Positions 23,252 through 35,802 of a DNA stretch of 64,000 bases are shown here, one piece after another. How positions within the stretch are numbered: position 1 is the stretch's first letter; the number at the start of each line of letters is the position of its first letter. The notes beneath the pieces are model-generated. The model was given only the letters and a program-made list of their open reading frames with translations, was not told the origin of the DNA and ran no database searches. The stretch is from Cladosporium halotolerans (Eukaryota): contig NW_027191487.1 in the NCBI RefSeq assembly GCF_011745625.1, positions 1-64,000 of the forward strand, given 5' to 3'. A program made the translations under genes and the position numbers.

Positions 23252-26200
23252 ATGGCGCTCGCATATAATGCTACGCGCAATGTCGACCTCAGCAAGTCCG
23301 AGACGGAGCTGTCGACCAACATCCGCAAAGCCACCTCCATCGACGAGACCGCACCGAAGCGCAAACATGTTCGCGCCTGCATCGTCTACACCTGGGATCA
23401 TAAATCCAGCCAGTCCTTCTGGAATGGCATGAAGGTTCAGCCAATCCAGGCCGACGAGGTGCAGACCTTCAAGGCTCTCATCACCGTACACAAGGTCTTG
23501 CAGGAGGGACACCCGGTCGCGCTCAAAGAGGCCCAGGCCAACGTTAGCTGGCTCGAGAGTCTGATGCGCGGATCTGCCGGAGGCTTGGGTGATGGCATGA
23601 AGGGATACGCACCGATGATCCAGGAGTACATCTTCTACCTGGTCTCGAAGCTCAACTTCCACCGCAACCATCCGGAGTTCAACGGCACCTTCGAATACGA
23701 GGAGTACATCTCCTTGAAGAGCATCAACGACCCCAACGAGGGTTACGAGACCATCAGTGACCTCGCGAACCTCCAAGACCAGATCGACAGCTTCCAAAAG
23801 CTCATCTTCTCACACTTCCGGACTGGCGCGAACAACGAGTGCAGGATCTCGGCGCTGGTGCCCCTCGTGCAGGAGAGCTATGGAATCTACAAGTTCATTA
23901 CTAGCATGCTGCGTGCTATGCACACGACTCTGGGAGACGACGAGGCCCTGTCTCCTCTAAGGGGCCGCTACGATGCACAGCACTACCGACTCGTTCGCTT
24001 CTACTACGAATGCTCGAACTTGCGCTACCTCACTTCCTTGATCACAGTGCCGAAGCTCCCTCAAGACCCGCCTAGCTTGCTCAGCGAGGACGAGTCAGCA
24101 CCCGCTCTACCCGCACGACCCAAGAACGAGGCCGCAACGAAGCCCAGGGACACACCGCCGCCTACGCAGTCCACTGACCCTGAACCGATCAACGAATTTT
24201 GGAAGAACGAACAACAGAGGGCGCAGGATGAATTCGCAGCCGAGCAGGCACGTTTGCAGGCGCAGTGGGAAGAAGCGCAAAGGCTTCAGCAACAGCAGGC
24301 GTTGCAAGCACAGCGGGATTTCGAGGAGCAGCAACGTCTGCAGGCGGAGCAGCAGAGACTCCAGCTCGAGCAGCTGCAGAGGCAGCAATACGCTGAGCAG
24401 ACACAGGGTCGTATGGCAGAGCTGGAGCAGGAGAACCTGAACGCGAGAGCCCAGTACGAGCGCGATCAGCTCATGCTCGAGCAGTATGACCGCAGGATGA
24501 AGGCGCTGGAGCAGGAGCTCGGACAGCTGAACGCCAACTTCCAACAGCAGACCAGCAGCAAAGACGACCAGATCCGTTCCCTTCAAGAGCAGGTTAACAC
24601 TTGGCGGACAAAGTACGAGGCGCTGGCCAAGCTATACAGTCAGCTTCGCCACGAACACCTGGAGCTTCTGCAGAAATTCAAGGGCGTACAGCTCAAGGCA
24701 GCGAGCGCGCAAGAGGCGATTGACAGGCGAGAGAAGCTCGAGCGTGAGCTCAAGACGAAGAACTTGGAATTGGCGGACATGATCCGCGAGCGCGATCGCG
24801 CAATGCACGACAAGGACCGTAGCACCGGTGGTCACAAAGACGAAGTGGAGAAGCTCAAGCGCGAATTGCGCATGGCAATTGACCGTGCAGACAACGCTGA
24901 GAGAGGGAAGGGTTCAGAACTCAGTGCTATGCTGTCCAGGCACAACCGTGAGATCGCAGACTTGGAGGAGGCGTTGCGCAACAAGACCAGGGCTCTCGAC
25001 GATGTGCACTTCAAGCTCGGTGAGGGATCATCCGACCTTGAGCGCCAGCTACGCGACAAAGAGGAGGAGCTGGAGATCTACAAGCAGGGCATGGATCAGA
25101 CTTTGCTGGAGCTGAACGAGCTCCGCCAAGGTGGCGGAGATAATGACAAAGCCATGGACGAGCAGATCGACGTGATGCTGCTGGACAACATTCGCAAGAT
25201 CAACGACATCATTGACTCCGTTCTGCAATCTGGCGTGCAACGTGTAGACGACGCTCTCTACGAGCTCGACAGCAGCATGCAAGCTGGCAACCAAAGCGCG
25301 AGCGGCCCCTACGTTCTTTCGCAGATCGAGAAGGCGCAGTCGAGTGCCATGGAGTTCAGCACTGCCTTCAACAACTTCATCGCTGACGGCCCCAATTCCA
25401 CCCATGCGGAAGTGATCAGGACTGTGCACACCTTCTCCAACGCTATCGCGGATGTCTTGTCGAACACCAAGGGTCTGACTCGATTTGCTTCTGACGACAA
25501 GAAGGCTGATCAACTCGTCAACGCCGCACGCCGAAGTGCGTCTTCCTCAGTCGACTTCTTCCGTGGCATCATGTCTTACCGCCTGGACGGGCTCGAGGAC
25601 CTCCAGAAGACTGACGTCGTCATCAACAAGAACAACGACGTGCAGGTCGCTCTCAACAACCTCTCTAAGGTCGCCGATGCATTCGCACCCAAGACCAAGG
25701 TCACCAACCAGAGCGGTGACCTCGGCGAGCTTGTCGACCGCGAAATGACCAACGCCGCCAAAGCCATCGACGATGCGACCGAGCGCCTCACCAAGCTGAT
25801 GAACAAGCCTCGCGACCAATACAGCACCTACGAGCTCAAGATCCACGACTCGATCCTGGAAGCTGCCATCGCGGTCACCAATGCCATCGCTCGCCTGATC
25901 AAGGCCGCCGCGTCATCACAGCAAGAAATCGTGCAGCAAGGCCGCGGCACCAGCATGAGCAAGACGCAATTCTACAAGAAGAACAACAGGTGGACGGAAG
26001 GCCTCATCTCCGCGGCCAAGGCCGTCGCGCGCTCGACCAACATGCTCATCGAGACAGCCGACGGCGTCATCTCTGGCCGCAACTCGCCGGAGCAGCTCAT
26101 CGTCGCCTCCAACGACGTCGCCGCCTCGACCGCCCAGCTCGTCGCCGCCAGCAGAGTCAAGGCCAGCTTCATGTCCAAGACGCAGGAGAAGCTGGAGGAC

Positions 26201-26504
26201 GCCAGCAAGGCCGTCACCGGCGCCTGCAGGGGCTTGGTCAAGCAGGTGCAGGCCATCATCGAGAGCCGGAACAGGGACGACGGCGAAGACATGGATTACT
26301 CCAAGCTGTCGGGCCACGACTTCAAGGTCCGGCAGATGGAGCAGCAGGTGCGTTTTTGTCCTTTCAGCCGTCGGGCAGTCACAAAATCTAGGTTACTGAC
26401 GTACTTCCTCACAGGTCGAGATTCTGCAACTCGAGAACGCGCTGTCTTCCGCCCGCCATCGTCTGGGCGAGATGAGGAAGATTTCGTACCAGGAGGAGGA
26501 CTAA
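23252..26504 (+). CDS. SLA2: Endocytic actin adaptor Sla2/End4 (ANTH, coiled coil, I/LWEQ)
   Basis: ATSIDETAPKRKHVRACIVYTWDH (ANTH) and FYKKNNRWTEGLISAAKAVA..VAASTAQLVAASRVKA (I/LWEQ). Intron 26348-26414 is followed by VEILQLENALSSARHRLGEMRKISYQEED*. Confidence 0.96.
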
Positions 26505-27203
26505 GCAAGAGTATCCCTTGTCACGCAGGATGTCACGTGATGATTGTGGAGGCCGGTTTAAATAGATACCAGTTGTATAGCAAATACCTCATTGCAGTCT
26601 TACCTGTCATCTTATGTGCTTGTGTACTACAATTGCCCACGCGAGAGTCTCTTTGCCATTTATACATCGCCGGCTTCGAAGGAGCTGACTCGTGATAGGT
26701 GATTTACTCGCCATGGCTGCGACAGCCTGAAAGGCTTGAGTGTGCTTCTTCCGGCGGCCGTTGGTCTCTCTTTCGGTTACGTGTAGACTATCCGTCTCAA
26801 GCAAAAGATATTCTTGAGTCAATCCCTCTTGCAACAGCAGCGGATATAATCCATTCATAGACGAGGCTGGACTCCATCACAGCCGCAATGAACCAAGAAA
26901 AGTAAGAGCAACTCGGAACAATTCCTTCAATTCTTCACTCCTCTCAGCTAATACAAAACGAACCCAAAAAGAAAAAGGGGGTATATCTGAATCAGAAACT
27001 AAACAAAAAAACGAAGTCAGAAAGACACTCTTGTCCCTTCCCCGCACGAACCACGTGGAGCCAAAGCAAAGCAAGGGATGCATGCCGGAGGTGAGGGATG
27101 CAGCATCTCGCTCGGACGACATTAACACTCTCCGCCTTGATTCGTCTTTTTTCCAAAACCAATGCATCACATTACCCAACTTCACCCAACTACCTCCACT
27201 TCC

Positions 27204-29595
27204 TCAAAAAGCAGTCGCGACACCACCAACCGCCGTCCCCACCAGAGCCGCACTCCCGTTCCCATTTCCATTTGCCACACTCCCCTGCGCGTTCGAAACG
27301 CTCCTGCTCACGCCCGGGCCGGAGAAATTCCTGACCTCGCCTCTGCCCTCCTTGGGCACACTGGCCACAGGCGTGACGCCGCCCTTGACGCGCATTTTTG
27401 TGCCGGGGACGTTCCTGAGCCGAGAAGTGCGCCACTGCTCGTACCAGCGGGAGCGGCTCAGCTCGCGGAGGTCGGTGCGCCATTCGCTAAAGACTGAGTC
27501 GCGGAGACGCGGGAAGTCGCAGTGGGCTGGGTTGAGAGGGGAGGCGGAGCCCCAGGGGAAGATGCGGGAGAGCTGCTGTTCGGTGGCGGGGCCGGAGGTG
27601 GGGAGGGTGTAGGGGTCCGGGGAGATGACGGACATCGGGAGGTAGGGTTCTTCGTCCTGGGCGGGAGAGGTGGATAGGGAGGGCTGGCGGGCATGGGAGG
27701 CGCGCTTGGAGAGGCGTTTGGATTTTGCGGTTTGCGAGACAGGAGAGGATTCGGAGGAAGAGCTTGGGAGAAGGTTGTCGATTGGGGTTTGGGGTTGTTT
27801 TTCGTCGAAGTTTTGCGTGGGGAGGTCGAGGTCGAGTTCTGCTTCGTCTTCCTCGCGGAGGACGTTAGGATCGTCGTATTGGTCGTCATCGTCGTCGTCT
27901 TCGAGTTCGAGAGCATCCAATGGGTTTAGGGAGTTGTTAATGATACTCTGCCAGACAGCGCGCTTCAAGTGGGTCAGATGGCTGACTGTCAGTGTGTCTG
28001 CCTTGGCGATTACTGGAACCACGACGGTTTTCTCCCAGAGCGCACGGAGAACTTGCACCTCGACATCATCGTCAAGACCGTTTTTCTGAGCAACCAGAGC
28101 ACCATGTTGGAATTGCGAGAGAGCGGCGATGTTGGCATCGAGCTTGAGAGGGTCCAAAACAAGGAAGACGCAGTGTATGTGGGTGTCTCTAAAACCCGGG
28201 CTACGCATCACCTTCTGTTCCTCTGCAAATGTCTCTTCGAACTTGGATTCGATGAAGCCGGTCATCTCTCGGAGTTGCAAGTCGACTATGTTCTTTTCCA
28301 AGCCAGCCGAGTCCCAGAGCGTGAGGCCGACGCGCTCGCCATCCATCTCGGTCTCGAGGTATGAAGATGTAAAGTTTCCTTTGGTTTGCGGGGCTGGAGA
28401 CTCGGTTTCGTGCTTGGAGGAGGACGTGGCGAGGGAGTGGTTCAAGAGTGAGATGAAGGAGCTTTTGCCGCTGTTCTTCGTGCCGACTACAAGCACACTG
28501 TTCGACAGGTCAGTCAGAGCCCTAGAGGTGGAGAAAACTGACGTGCTATACTCACTTGAACGGTGTAGGATCCTTCCGCCTGCGCATTCTTCTCGGACTG
28601 TTAACATGACCCGTCTGAGCACTAGTGGGTGCGTAACTGTACCGGCCACGATTGGTCATGCTCCCGGTCCTCTCGTGCGGCTCGTCTCCATTGGCTGTGG
28701 CAACATTGGCCGGCGGCGGGCTGGCGGAGGCCGACGCACCGCGAAGCACATACGATGGAGAGCTGGAGTTGTCCCTGTGAGCGGCGGCCATGGCTACATT
28801 GCCCGGCCTGGAGAAATTGGCAGTCGTCTGCACTGGAGCATGAGCCTGTACGTGGCCAGATTGAGGCGCAAGACGAGCTGCGTGCGAGTTCTGATTGAAC
28901 ATGGCGATGCTGTCAGGGCGTGCATCTTCGCCGCCGAAGCTGGGCATGCCAGGAAGAGGGTTGTGACTGGGCAGGCGAGGCGGCTGCTTGGGCAGCATCT
29001 GGGCCTCGCGCTGCTGGCGCTCGAGCTCAGCCTGCTGCTGTTGCTGCTGCTGCTTCGCCTTGGAGCCTCTGCGCAGCATGCTGGGCTTGCGTTCTCGCGA
29101 CTTGGAGCGTGAGCGGAAGATGCTGGTGCTGGAGCGGCCGGGCTCGTCGTCGGCGGACTGTCGCGGCGGGTGGTCGCTGGGAGGGGTCGGGTATGCGGTG
29201 CTCGTGACGGTGGCGGCCTCGCCGTAGTGGAAGTGCTTGTTCGGGTCGGTGTGGAGGAAGGCCGGCGGCTGGGCGAGGGTGGGCGGAGGAGGAAGCGGCG
29301 GCGCGGTGAGCGGGTCGGCGTAGGCAGTCGCGTGCGGCGGGGGCGAGTGCAGTTGGCGCGAGGAGTTGCCGCGCAGCAGGCCGCCCAGGCTGTTCTTTCT
29401 CGGCCGGCCCTTCAAGATGCTGCCGCTGCCCGAGCTCTTCTGGCGCTGGTGGTGCGGCAGGTAGTGGTGGGCGAGGTCGGGCGAGCGACTGGGGCTGGCG
29501 GAGGCGTTGGAGGGAGGCGCGGGCGGAGGGCGGTGCGGGATGGAGTAGTCAATGCCGTCCTGCAGCCTGCCGGCGCCGGAGATTCCTGAGGCCAT
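27204..29595 (-). CDS. Non-core septin (AspE/group 5-like) with long disordered N-terminus; 1 intron
   Basis: Intron 28555-28498 joins RRRKDPTPFN to VLVVGTKNSGKSSF (G1). Other motifs: LTLWDSAG (G3), HIHCVFLVLDP, VPVIAKAD (G4) and RIFPWGSASPLNPAHCDF. Confidence 0.88.
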
Positions 29596-29653
29596 GGTGG
29601 TGCCGCGCGGTGCAGCAGCGCCTAACCTGGAGCGATGTCCCTGGGCCTCGCGG

Positions 29654-29683
29654 CAGCAGCAGCAGCAGCAGCAGCGGCGGCGG
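29654..29683. repeat. (CAG)n-(CGG)n microsatellite upstream of septin ATG
   Basis: About seven GCA/CAG units followed by CGG units, read directly. Confidence 0.8.
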
Positions 29684-30594
29684 TAGCAGTCGCCGCACAG
29701 GCCGCGCGAGGTGCGACCAGGATGCCGATGGTGCGACAAGGATGCAATGCGCCGGCGGAGATTGCGCCTGCCCCGTCTGCCACACTCGGGCGCGAGTCAC
29801 GTCTCCTGGAGGGTCGCGGGGAGTTTGAGACGCGTGCAGGTCGGTCGCGGCAGGCAGCGTCGCGAGGCAGCGGCGTGGTAGGTAAGTGAATGATCGGTGA
29901 GCTCTCGCACGTGAAAGCGTGGCCGCGCCGGTTGTTGTCTGCACGGCTGCAGCGATCGTCGCCGCGTCCCGCGCCCCCCTCAGCCACCAGGCGCGCCAGG
30001 GTCTGGGGCTCATGGGGTTCGTCAGGCTCTCGGACGACATCTACCGCCCGCGCCCAAGCCGTTGCGCTAATCTGCCCGCCCACCACGACTGCCCTTGTGC
30101 CTTATTCCCTTTTCGTGCCACCCTCCGTGATTGATGCCTTGCGCATTCTAGATCCTTATCGGTGGAGTGCTCGTGAAATTGCGAGGGGAGTCAGCATGTA
30201 TATTGCCAACCAGATCCAATGCATGAGGAAACATCCTGAATAATCATCCTCTCGGGATCACCACCGCTGCAGCTCACCTCTCAACACGTCATGCAAAACG
30301 CTCATGCCGCCGGGCCTCATGCACACAGTCTTCGTTGCTCCGATGTACATAGAGTATGGCAAGAAGATATATCCGCCTACCTCAGGGCTCTTTTTCGGGT
30401 CCACCCGTCGCTCGTATGCATCGAAAAGCAATTCTCAGCCTTGCGACATTCGCCGATGCAGTCCCTCGCGATAAGGCTCAAAATAGCCTTTGACGCACAC
30501 AATGTACCTGAACGAGCGAAACCTTGTCGCGTGAACCGGCGTTCTTATTATACGTTGCTGCTATTCGTCAGCCCAGACGATAGTAATAGTGACT

Positions 30595-30618
30595 CTAGGG
30601 TTAGGGTTAGGGCAAGGG
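30595..30618 (+). repeat. Interstitial telomere-like repeat (CTAGGG TTAGGG TTAGGG CAAGGG)
   Basis: Two perfect and two degenerate TTAGGG units in an intergenic region, read directly. Confidence 0.65.
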
Positions 30619-32509
30619 TGACCACAATACTCTTTCCCGTCAATCATTACGATGATCAACATAATTGTGAAGGTTCAGATTGTCATCTTGCTCAAAACTG
30701 ATATGGATTTGTGACTTAATCTATGAACACATCAATTGAACGTTGGAGCAATTGGTGCATTGTGCCCTTCTCTGCACAGAAGCGATGTTGTCAAACAAGA
30801 TTATCCCGCTAGAGCAGATGAAAACGCAGTGGTTCTTGCATGCAAAATCCCGAAGGTCTTCATGACAGTCTTCTCTTCGTAAAGTGAGGAAGACTAATAA
30901 CGATTAGGCAGCCGGCTGCGAATCCTCAGCGGACATTGACTCTAGACACACCCTGTGGACGGCGTCAAGCTGAGCTGTGCAACCTTGTCAGATGTCTATA
31001 GCTGAGAGCAGTCAAGCACGCAGTCAAGACATCAAATCCTTTGGTGTCATCAAGATCGGCACATAGAGTGTACTGACTGCCTTGTCAGAACCTGCGCTGC
31101 AACATCGATTAACGGGGATTATTGAGCCCCCCTTCGCTGGCGTCACCGTTCAAAGAGAATGGGAAGACAGGCGAACCTTTACGTACTCATTCCGACTGGT
31201 ACTTTGAATATGGTTTCACTTACTAATATTCCTCGATCACGACTCAGAGTGACTAAAGCGTCATGCACTCACCAATCGCCAGTTTGACGGCCTCTGACAA
31301 GCAAGCTCCGAGAAGCACGTGTCGATCGCCAACTTGTCGGGACGATTGTTAAAGTTCCCCGAGGTGTCCGAAAACAGATCTGTCTCAAACCTTGCAGGAC
31401 CAGATCGAGGCTGCTGCAGCTTACACTTGGCGCAACGTTGCGTCCAATTGAAGTCCAGGCTGAAGTCGCTTGCAGACGCAAGGCCTCGTGTACGACGCCC
31501 CGCCATACAGTACATCTGCGTGGCGCAAAACAGCCGTTCCGAAGATGGTGAGCAACCCTCCCGAAACGCATCCACCACAGAACTTTCATGACGGCGCGTC
31601 GCTGTGGTCTTGAACACATGTTAGCAACCTTGTGTCAACATGTGAGCGTTGATCTCGAGGACAAAACAGCCATGCTTGTATGGGCCATGCTTGTATGGAC
31701 ACGGTCATACCAGACCCTTGGTTGAGAGAGCGTCGCTGCAGCTTACACGTACTTCTCAAAGGTTGCACGACTTCACGTCCTTCCGGACCGCGGGTCACAG
31801 AGAGATTGCTTTTATACCCTGACCGCTCTTGCCCTAACCCCCGTACTCACTTCACGTCGCGATATTGTTGTCCGCAAGCAATGATCTTCTTTCATGTGAT
31901 CACCGTGATTAACTCAAGCCATCCTTCCATATCGTGAAGATGATTGTTCGATGACGATCGTGAAGAGCCAGGATCATGACAACCGAGAGCTTGCTTTAGG
32001 GCCGCGCTATCGAGGCGCGTTTGAGGCGATTATTGAAGACGAATACAGCTTTGAGAGGTTGTTGCCTGTTGCATAGCTTCAAGTGTTGGGCTGCATTCGG
32101 AGGAGCTGGAGGCTCGGAGCGTCCAGGCGGAGGCGCTTATTATGAGCGAGCCAACGTAACGAAGTTGTTATTGACGTTGAGCATGTGATGCGGCCCTAGA
32201 GGCCCGGCATCTCGAGAAATAATCGAAGGTACGAAATAGGCGGGTTTTCGTGATCGTCGAATGCTGTCGCCATAGGAGACCATGCGAATCAACAAACCGC
32301 GACTTCAATTTGACCTCACTTCACCCTGAACACGACAAGCGCATCAGCAAAGCATTTCATCTTCACTGCAAGAGTTGTCGTGCCAGCAATATTTTCATTG
32401 ACCGACGGCGACAATAACAGGGGAGCATCTTCGGTCGAGTGCACGACAAAACTGTCCGCAGAATCTATCCTTGGACAACGACATATCGCGACTGTCGACT
32501 GTCTTCGCC

Positions 32510-33889
32510 ATGGCATCAACATCTTCTGGTGCCAACATCACCAATCAATCAAAATATTTCGCACCTCCGCACAGCATCGATGAACTCCCACTCACAATCC
32601 GCTACGGCCTCATCGCCGTCGGCATTTGCGGCCTCGCCTCCTTCTTGTCGACCCTCAGTCTCTTCAGCACTCTTGTTTATCGCCTCTTCACCTGGCGCGC
32701 ACACTACAAGTCCTTCCTCGGCTACAACCAATACGTCATGCTCTTCATGAACCTCATCCTCGCCGACCTCTGCCAAGCGACCGCGTTCGTGATCTCTTTT
32801 TACTGGCTGGGCAAAAACGCCATACTAGCCCCGACAGCCACCTGCACCGCGCAAGGCTTCCTCCTGCACTTCGGCGACGTCTCCTCCGCCTTCTTCGTCC
32901 TCTGCATCGCCCTGCACACTTTCATCACCGCCGCCCGCGGCATCCGCCTCGCCTACTCCATCTTCACCCTTGCGATCAGTTTCGCCTGGCTCGCCGCGCT
33001 CCTCCTGACAATCGTCGGCCTCGCGATCCACAAAGAAACCTACTTCGTGCGCGCCGGCGCCTGGTGCTGGGTGAGCAACGACTACGAACCCGAACGACTC
33101 GGGCTGCACTACTTCTGGCTGTTCCTGTCCGAGTTCGGACTCCTCGTCATCTACGCCGTGATCTTCTTCACGCTGCGGCAGAAGACGGCCTCGCTGTTCG
33201 CGGGCCAGCAGCGCGGCGACGCCGGCCCGGCCAACAAGAACACCGTCAAAGCGGTCAACCGCATCACGAAGCTGATGATGCTGTACCCGCTCTGCTACGC
33301 GATGCTGACGCTGCCGATCAGCGCGGTGCGGATGTGGAGCATGGCGAACGACGGGCGGGCGCCGAGCGACGCGACGCAGTGCGTGATGGGGGCGCTGCTG
33401 GCGAGCTGCGGCTGGGTGGACTGCCTGCTGTACTCGCTGACGCGCAAGAGGCTGATGCGCGAGACGATGGGCGGAACGGGCAGCAGCGGCAACGGGTCGA
33501 GGCTGGCGCACGAGTTCAAGCAGCTCGGGTGTCGAAATCCGAACAATGCGATTTTGCAGACGAGGACGTTCGAGGTGACGAGCGAGAGCGTTGATGCGTC
33601 GGTGGACGAGGAGGTTCCGGCTACGGGGGGTTACAGCGAGATTTCGTCCGGGCTTGGGTCGCGGGTGAGGAGACAGAAGAAAGTGCCGGCGTTGGAGAAG
33701 GTGTATGAGCTTGGGTCCGGAAACGAAGAAGTTGTGACACCGGCCACGCCGGCCAATGCGAAGACTGCAAGGGTCAGCGAGGATAGTGGCGAGGGTGAAT
33801 CATCGCCGGCCAACCAGTTGCGCAGGAAGAAGGCGTTCGACGTCTTGCCGAAAACGCCGCCGACGAAACACTCTACGCCGCCCGAGTGA
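32510..33889 (+). CDS. G protein-coupled receptor, Git3/Gpr1-type (GprC/GprD-like)
   Basis: Seven TM segments with NLILADLCQA, CTAQGFLLHFGD, FVRAGAWCWV, RLGLHYFWLF, KLMMLYP and GWVDCLLYSLTR. ATG at 32510. Confidence 0.87.
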   Translation: MASTSSGANITNQSKYFAPPHSIDELPLTIRYGLIAVGICGLASFLSTLSLFSTLVYRLFTWRAHYKSFLGYNQYVMLFMNLILADLCQATAFVISFYWLGKNAILAPTATCTAQGFLLHFGDVSSAFFVLCIALHTFITAARGIRLAYSIFTLAISFAWLAALLLTIVGLAIHKETYFVRAGAWCWVSNDYEPERLGLHYFWLFLSEFGLLVIYAVIFFTLRQKTASLFAGQQRGDAGPANKNTVKAVNRITKLMMLYPLCYAMLTLPISAVRMWSMANDGRAPSDATQCVMGALLASCGWVDCLLYSLTRKRLMRETMGGTGSSGNGSRLAHEFKQLGCRNPNNAILQTRTFEVTSESVDASVDEEVPATGGYSEISSGLGSRVRRQKKVPALEKVYELGSGNEEVVTPATPANAKTARVSEDSGEGESSPANQLRRKKAFDVLPKTPPTKHSTPPE

Positions 33890-34341
33890 ATTGGTCTCTT
33901 TGATAGGCAGCGGCCATTGGCGTTCGAAGGAGCTGTGAAAGCTTTTGGGTAGGCGATCAGGCATGGGTTTGTTTTGGCGTTCGGCGAGCAATCGGGTTTG
34001 AAAGGGTGCATGGGTATAAAGGGTTGGGCGCATGGCCTTATTGGGGCAAAACCCAGTGGCATTGGAATCAAGCCTCCAGTCTTGCGAATGAGTCGTTGTA
34101 CGATGACGAGCATCTGGTCTTCAGTTTTGCCTTTGCAGGGAACGACGCTGCTGTTCCCGACTTCTGCGTAAGCCCATAGGGTGAGAAACGAGAGTATGCT
34201 CAGCAGTGTCACAGCTTGTCCTTCGAACCGTCCAGATCACTGAGCATGTCAAACCATTCGCATTCAGGGGTATCATAACAGAGAGAAACCTAAAACAAAC
34301 CAAACCAAAGCCCCCAACCGTTCAACTCCACAACCCACCCC

Positions 34342-34921
34342 TCACTGAAAAGCCATACTCTTCCTCAACTGCCTCTCCCTCTGCCCCGCCTGCAACTCCA
34401 GCCTGCCCACAGCATAACTCAGCCTCTCCTTCTTCTGCCTCAACTGGCTAACCTTCAACTGCTCCAAACTACTCAGCCCGCCAGCCCCAGCGGTGCTCTG
34501 TCTCGCAGCCGATGTCGAGCTCTTCCTGGCGCCACCCTGTGATGGATTCGACAGCCTACCCTCCTGTAGATCTGCTTTGGCGATAAGCGACTGTTCGCGA
34601 CGGGCCATTTTGTCCAATTGCGCTTCGACGCGGGCGAGGAGGGTGTTGAGCTCGGGTTCGAGGGAGGAGAGGAGGGTTTGTTGGGCGGTTTGGAGGGAGG
34701 GCTCGGAGACTAGTTCGAAGTGCTGTGATTTGATTGTCAGCATTCGCCAAAACTGCTAAAGTAAGAAAGCAACGTACGCGTGTAGTCTGCAGTACTTTGC
34801 TCAATCGCGGGTAGTCGTGGACGCCAGCGTCGAGGGTGTTGATGCTGGACTCGAGGAGCTGCATGCTGGTGCGGAGGGACGACACGCAGCCCTGCAGGGC
34901 TGTAGAAGCGCTTGAGTCCAT
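34342..34921 (-). CDS. SPC19: DASH/Dam1 complex subunit Spc19 (1 intron)
   Basis: LQGCVSSLRTSMQLLESSINTLDAGVHDYPRLSKVLQTTR|HFELVSEP..LRQKKERLSYAVGRLELQ. Confidence 0.9.
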
Positions 34922-35205
34922 GATCGTTCTATTGGAATTTATTTCAATCGGTTCAATCGTTGTCCAACCATCGTCCCAAGCGCATACGCGCGCAGCGTGG
35001 TAAACATCAAGTCGCAAGCCCGGCAAAACCCCGGCCCAGCCCTCCTCCGACGCTTTCTCGTTCCCGCCAAGCCCCGGGCCTCAGCGAGCGAAGCTGCCCG
35101 TCCCAGCCGGGGGCAAGCAGCGAAGGACCGCGAGAACAGACAGAGCAACCGCACCGCCATCCAACCCCCCCATCCACCACCGACACATCACCATCGCCCG
35201 CAACA

Positions 35206-35802
35206 ATGTCTCTCCTCGGCAAGAAGTTCCCCGTCAAAGTCGGTGAGTAGGCCTGCTGTCGGCATCCGCGCTGCTGCGCCCGGTCGCGCGCGCGCAGAGC
35301 GCAGGATGGAGATCATTGGAAGCCGACGAGCAGAGAGCTGACGGTTTCTTTCAATTCACAGTCCAGCCCATGTGGCCGTTCTACTCCGCCGGTACGATGA
35401 CCCGATGAACAGCGAGCGCCAGCGATGTAGCGCGCGAGGAGGAAACCTTGGAGCTATACCTGGGAAGAAAGACATGAAAGAGACCAGGAGCTGAAGCGAA
35501 TTTTTGTCACAGGCCTCATCATTGCGTACGGCATCAACTCTCTCGCGACCTCTCTTGCGCAAAGTACGTTCTACCCGTTTCTATGGCTTGAGGAGGATAA
35601 AATGGAAGGACGCAAGAGGAGGCGGCTGGAATGGGGAATCGGATGGCTTGAGGGAGTGGAAGGAATCATCTCCCTTGGAAGCAGATATTTGAGGGCATAT
35701 GATGATTATAGGACGGATGACTAACATGATTTCACCACAGGCGACGAGTACAAGAACGACCCGCGCAACCCCGCGCTCAAGAACACCACCAAGGGCCACT
35801 AA
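35206..35802 (+). CDS. ATP18: Mitochondrial ATP synthase subunit j (59 aa, 4 exons)
   Basis: Splicing gives MSLLGKKFPVKVVQPMWPFYSAGLIIAYGINSLATSLAQSDEYKNDPRNPALKNTTKGH*. KKFP, PMWPF and DPRNP are family motifs. The ORF track misses this gene. Confidence 0.9.

Noticed and set aside
23231..26317. Many antisense ORFs over SLA2; similar ones over CK1, the septin, the GPCR, GH43 and the DHDPS-like gene
   Set aside because: They are shadow ORFs caused by GC3-rich codon bias of the real genes, with no recognisable motifs.
26348..26695. Unspliced C-terminal extension of the 1150-aa SLA2 ORF
   Set aside because: It reads through a canonical intron. The spliced form restores the conserved I/LWEQ end.
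35392..35740. Possible C/D snoRNAs in ATP18 introns (GATGA and CTGA boxes)
   Set aside because: The boxes are imperfect or coincide with branch sites, and I saw no terminal stem or rRNA guide.
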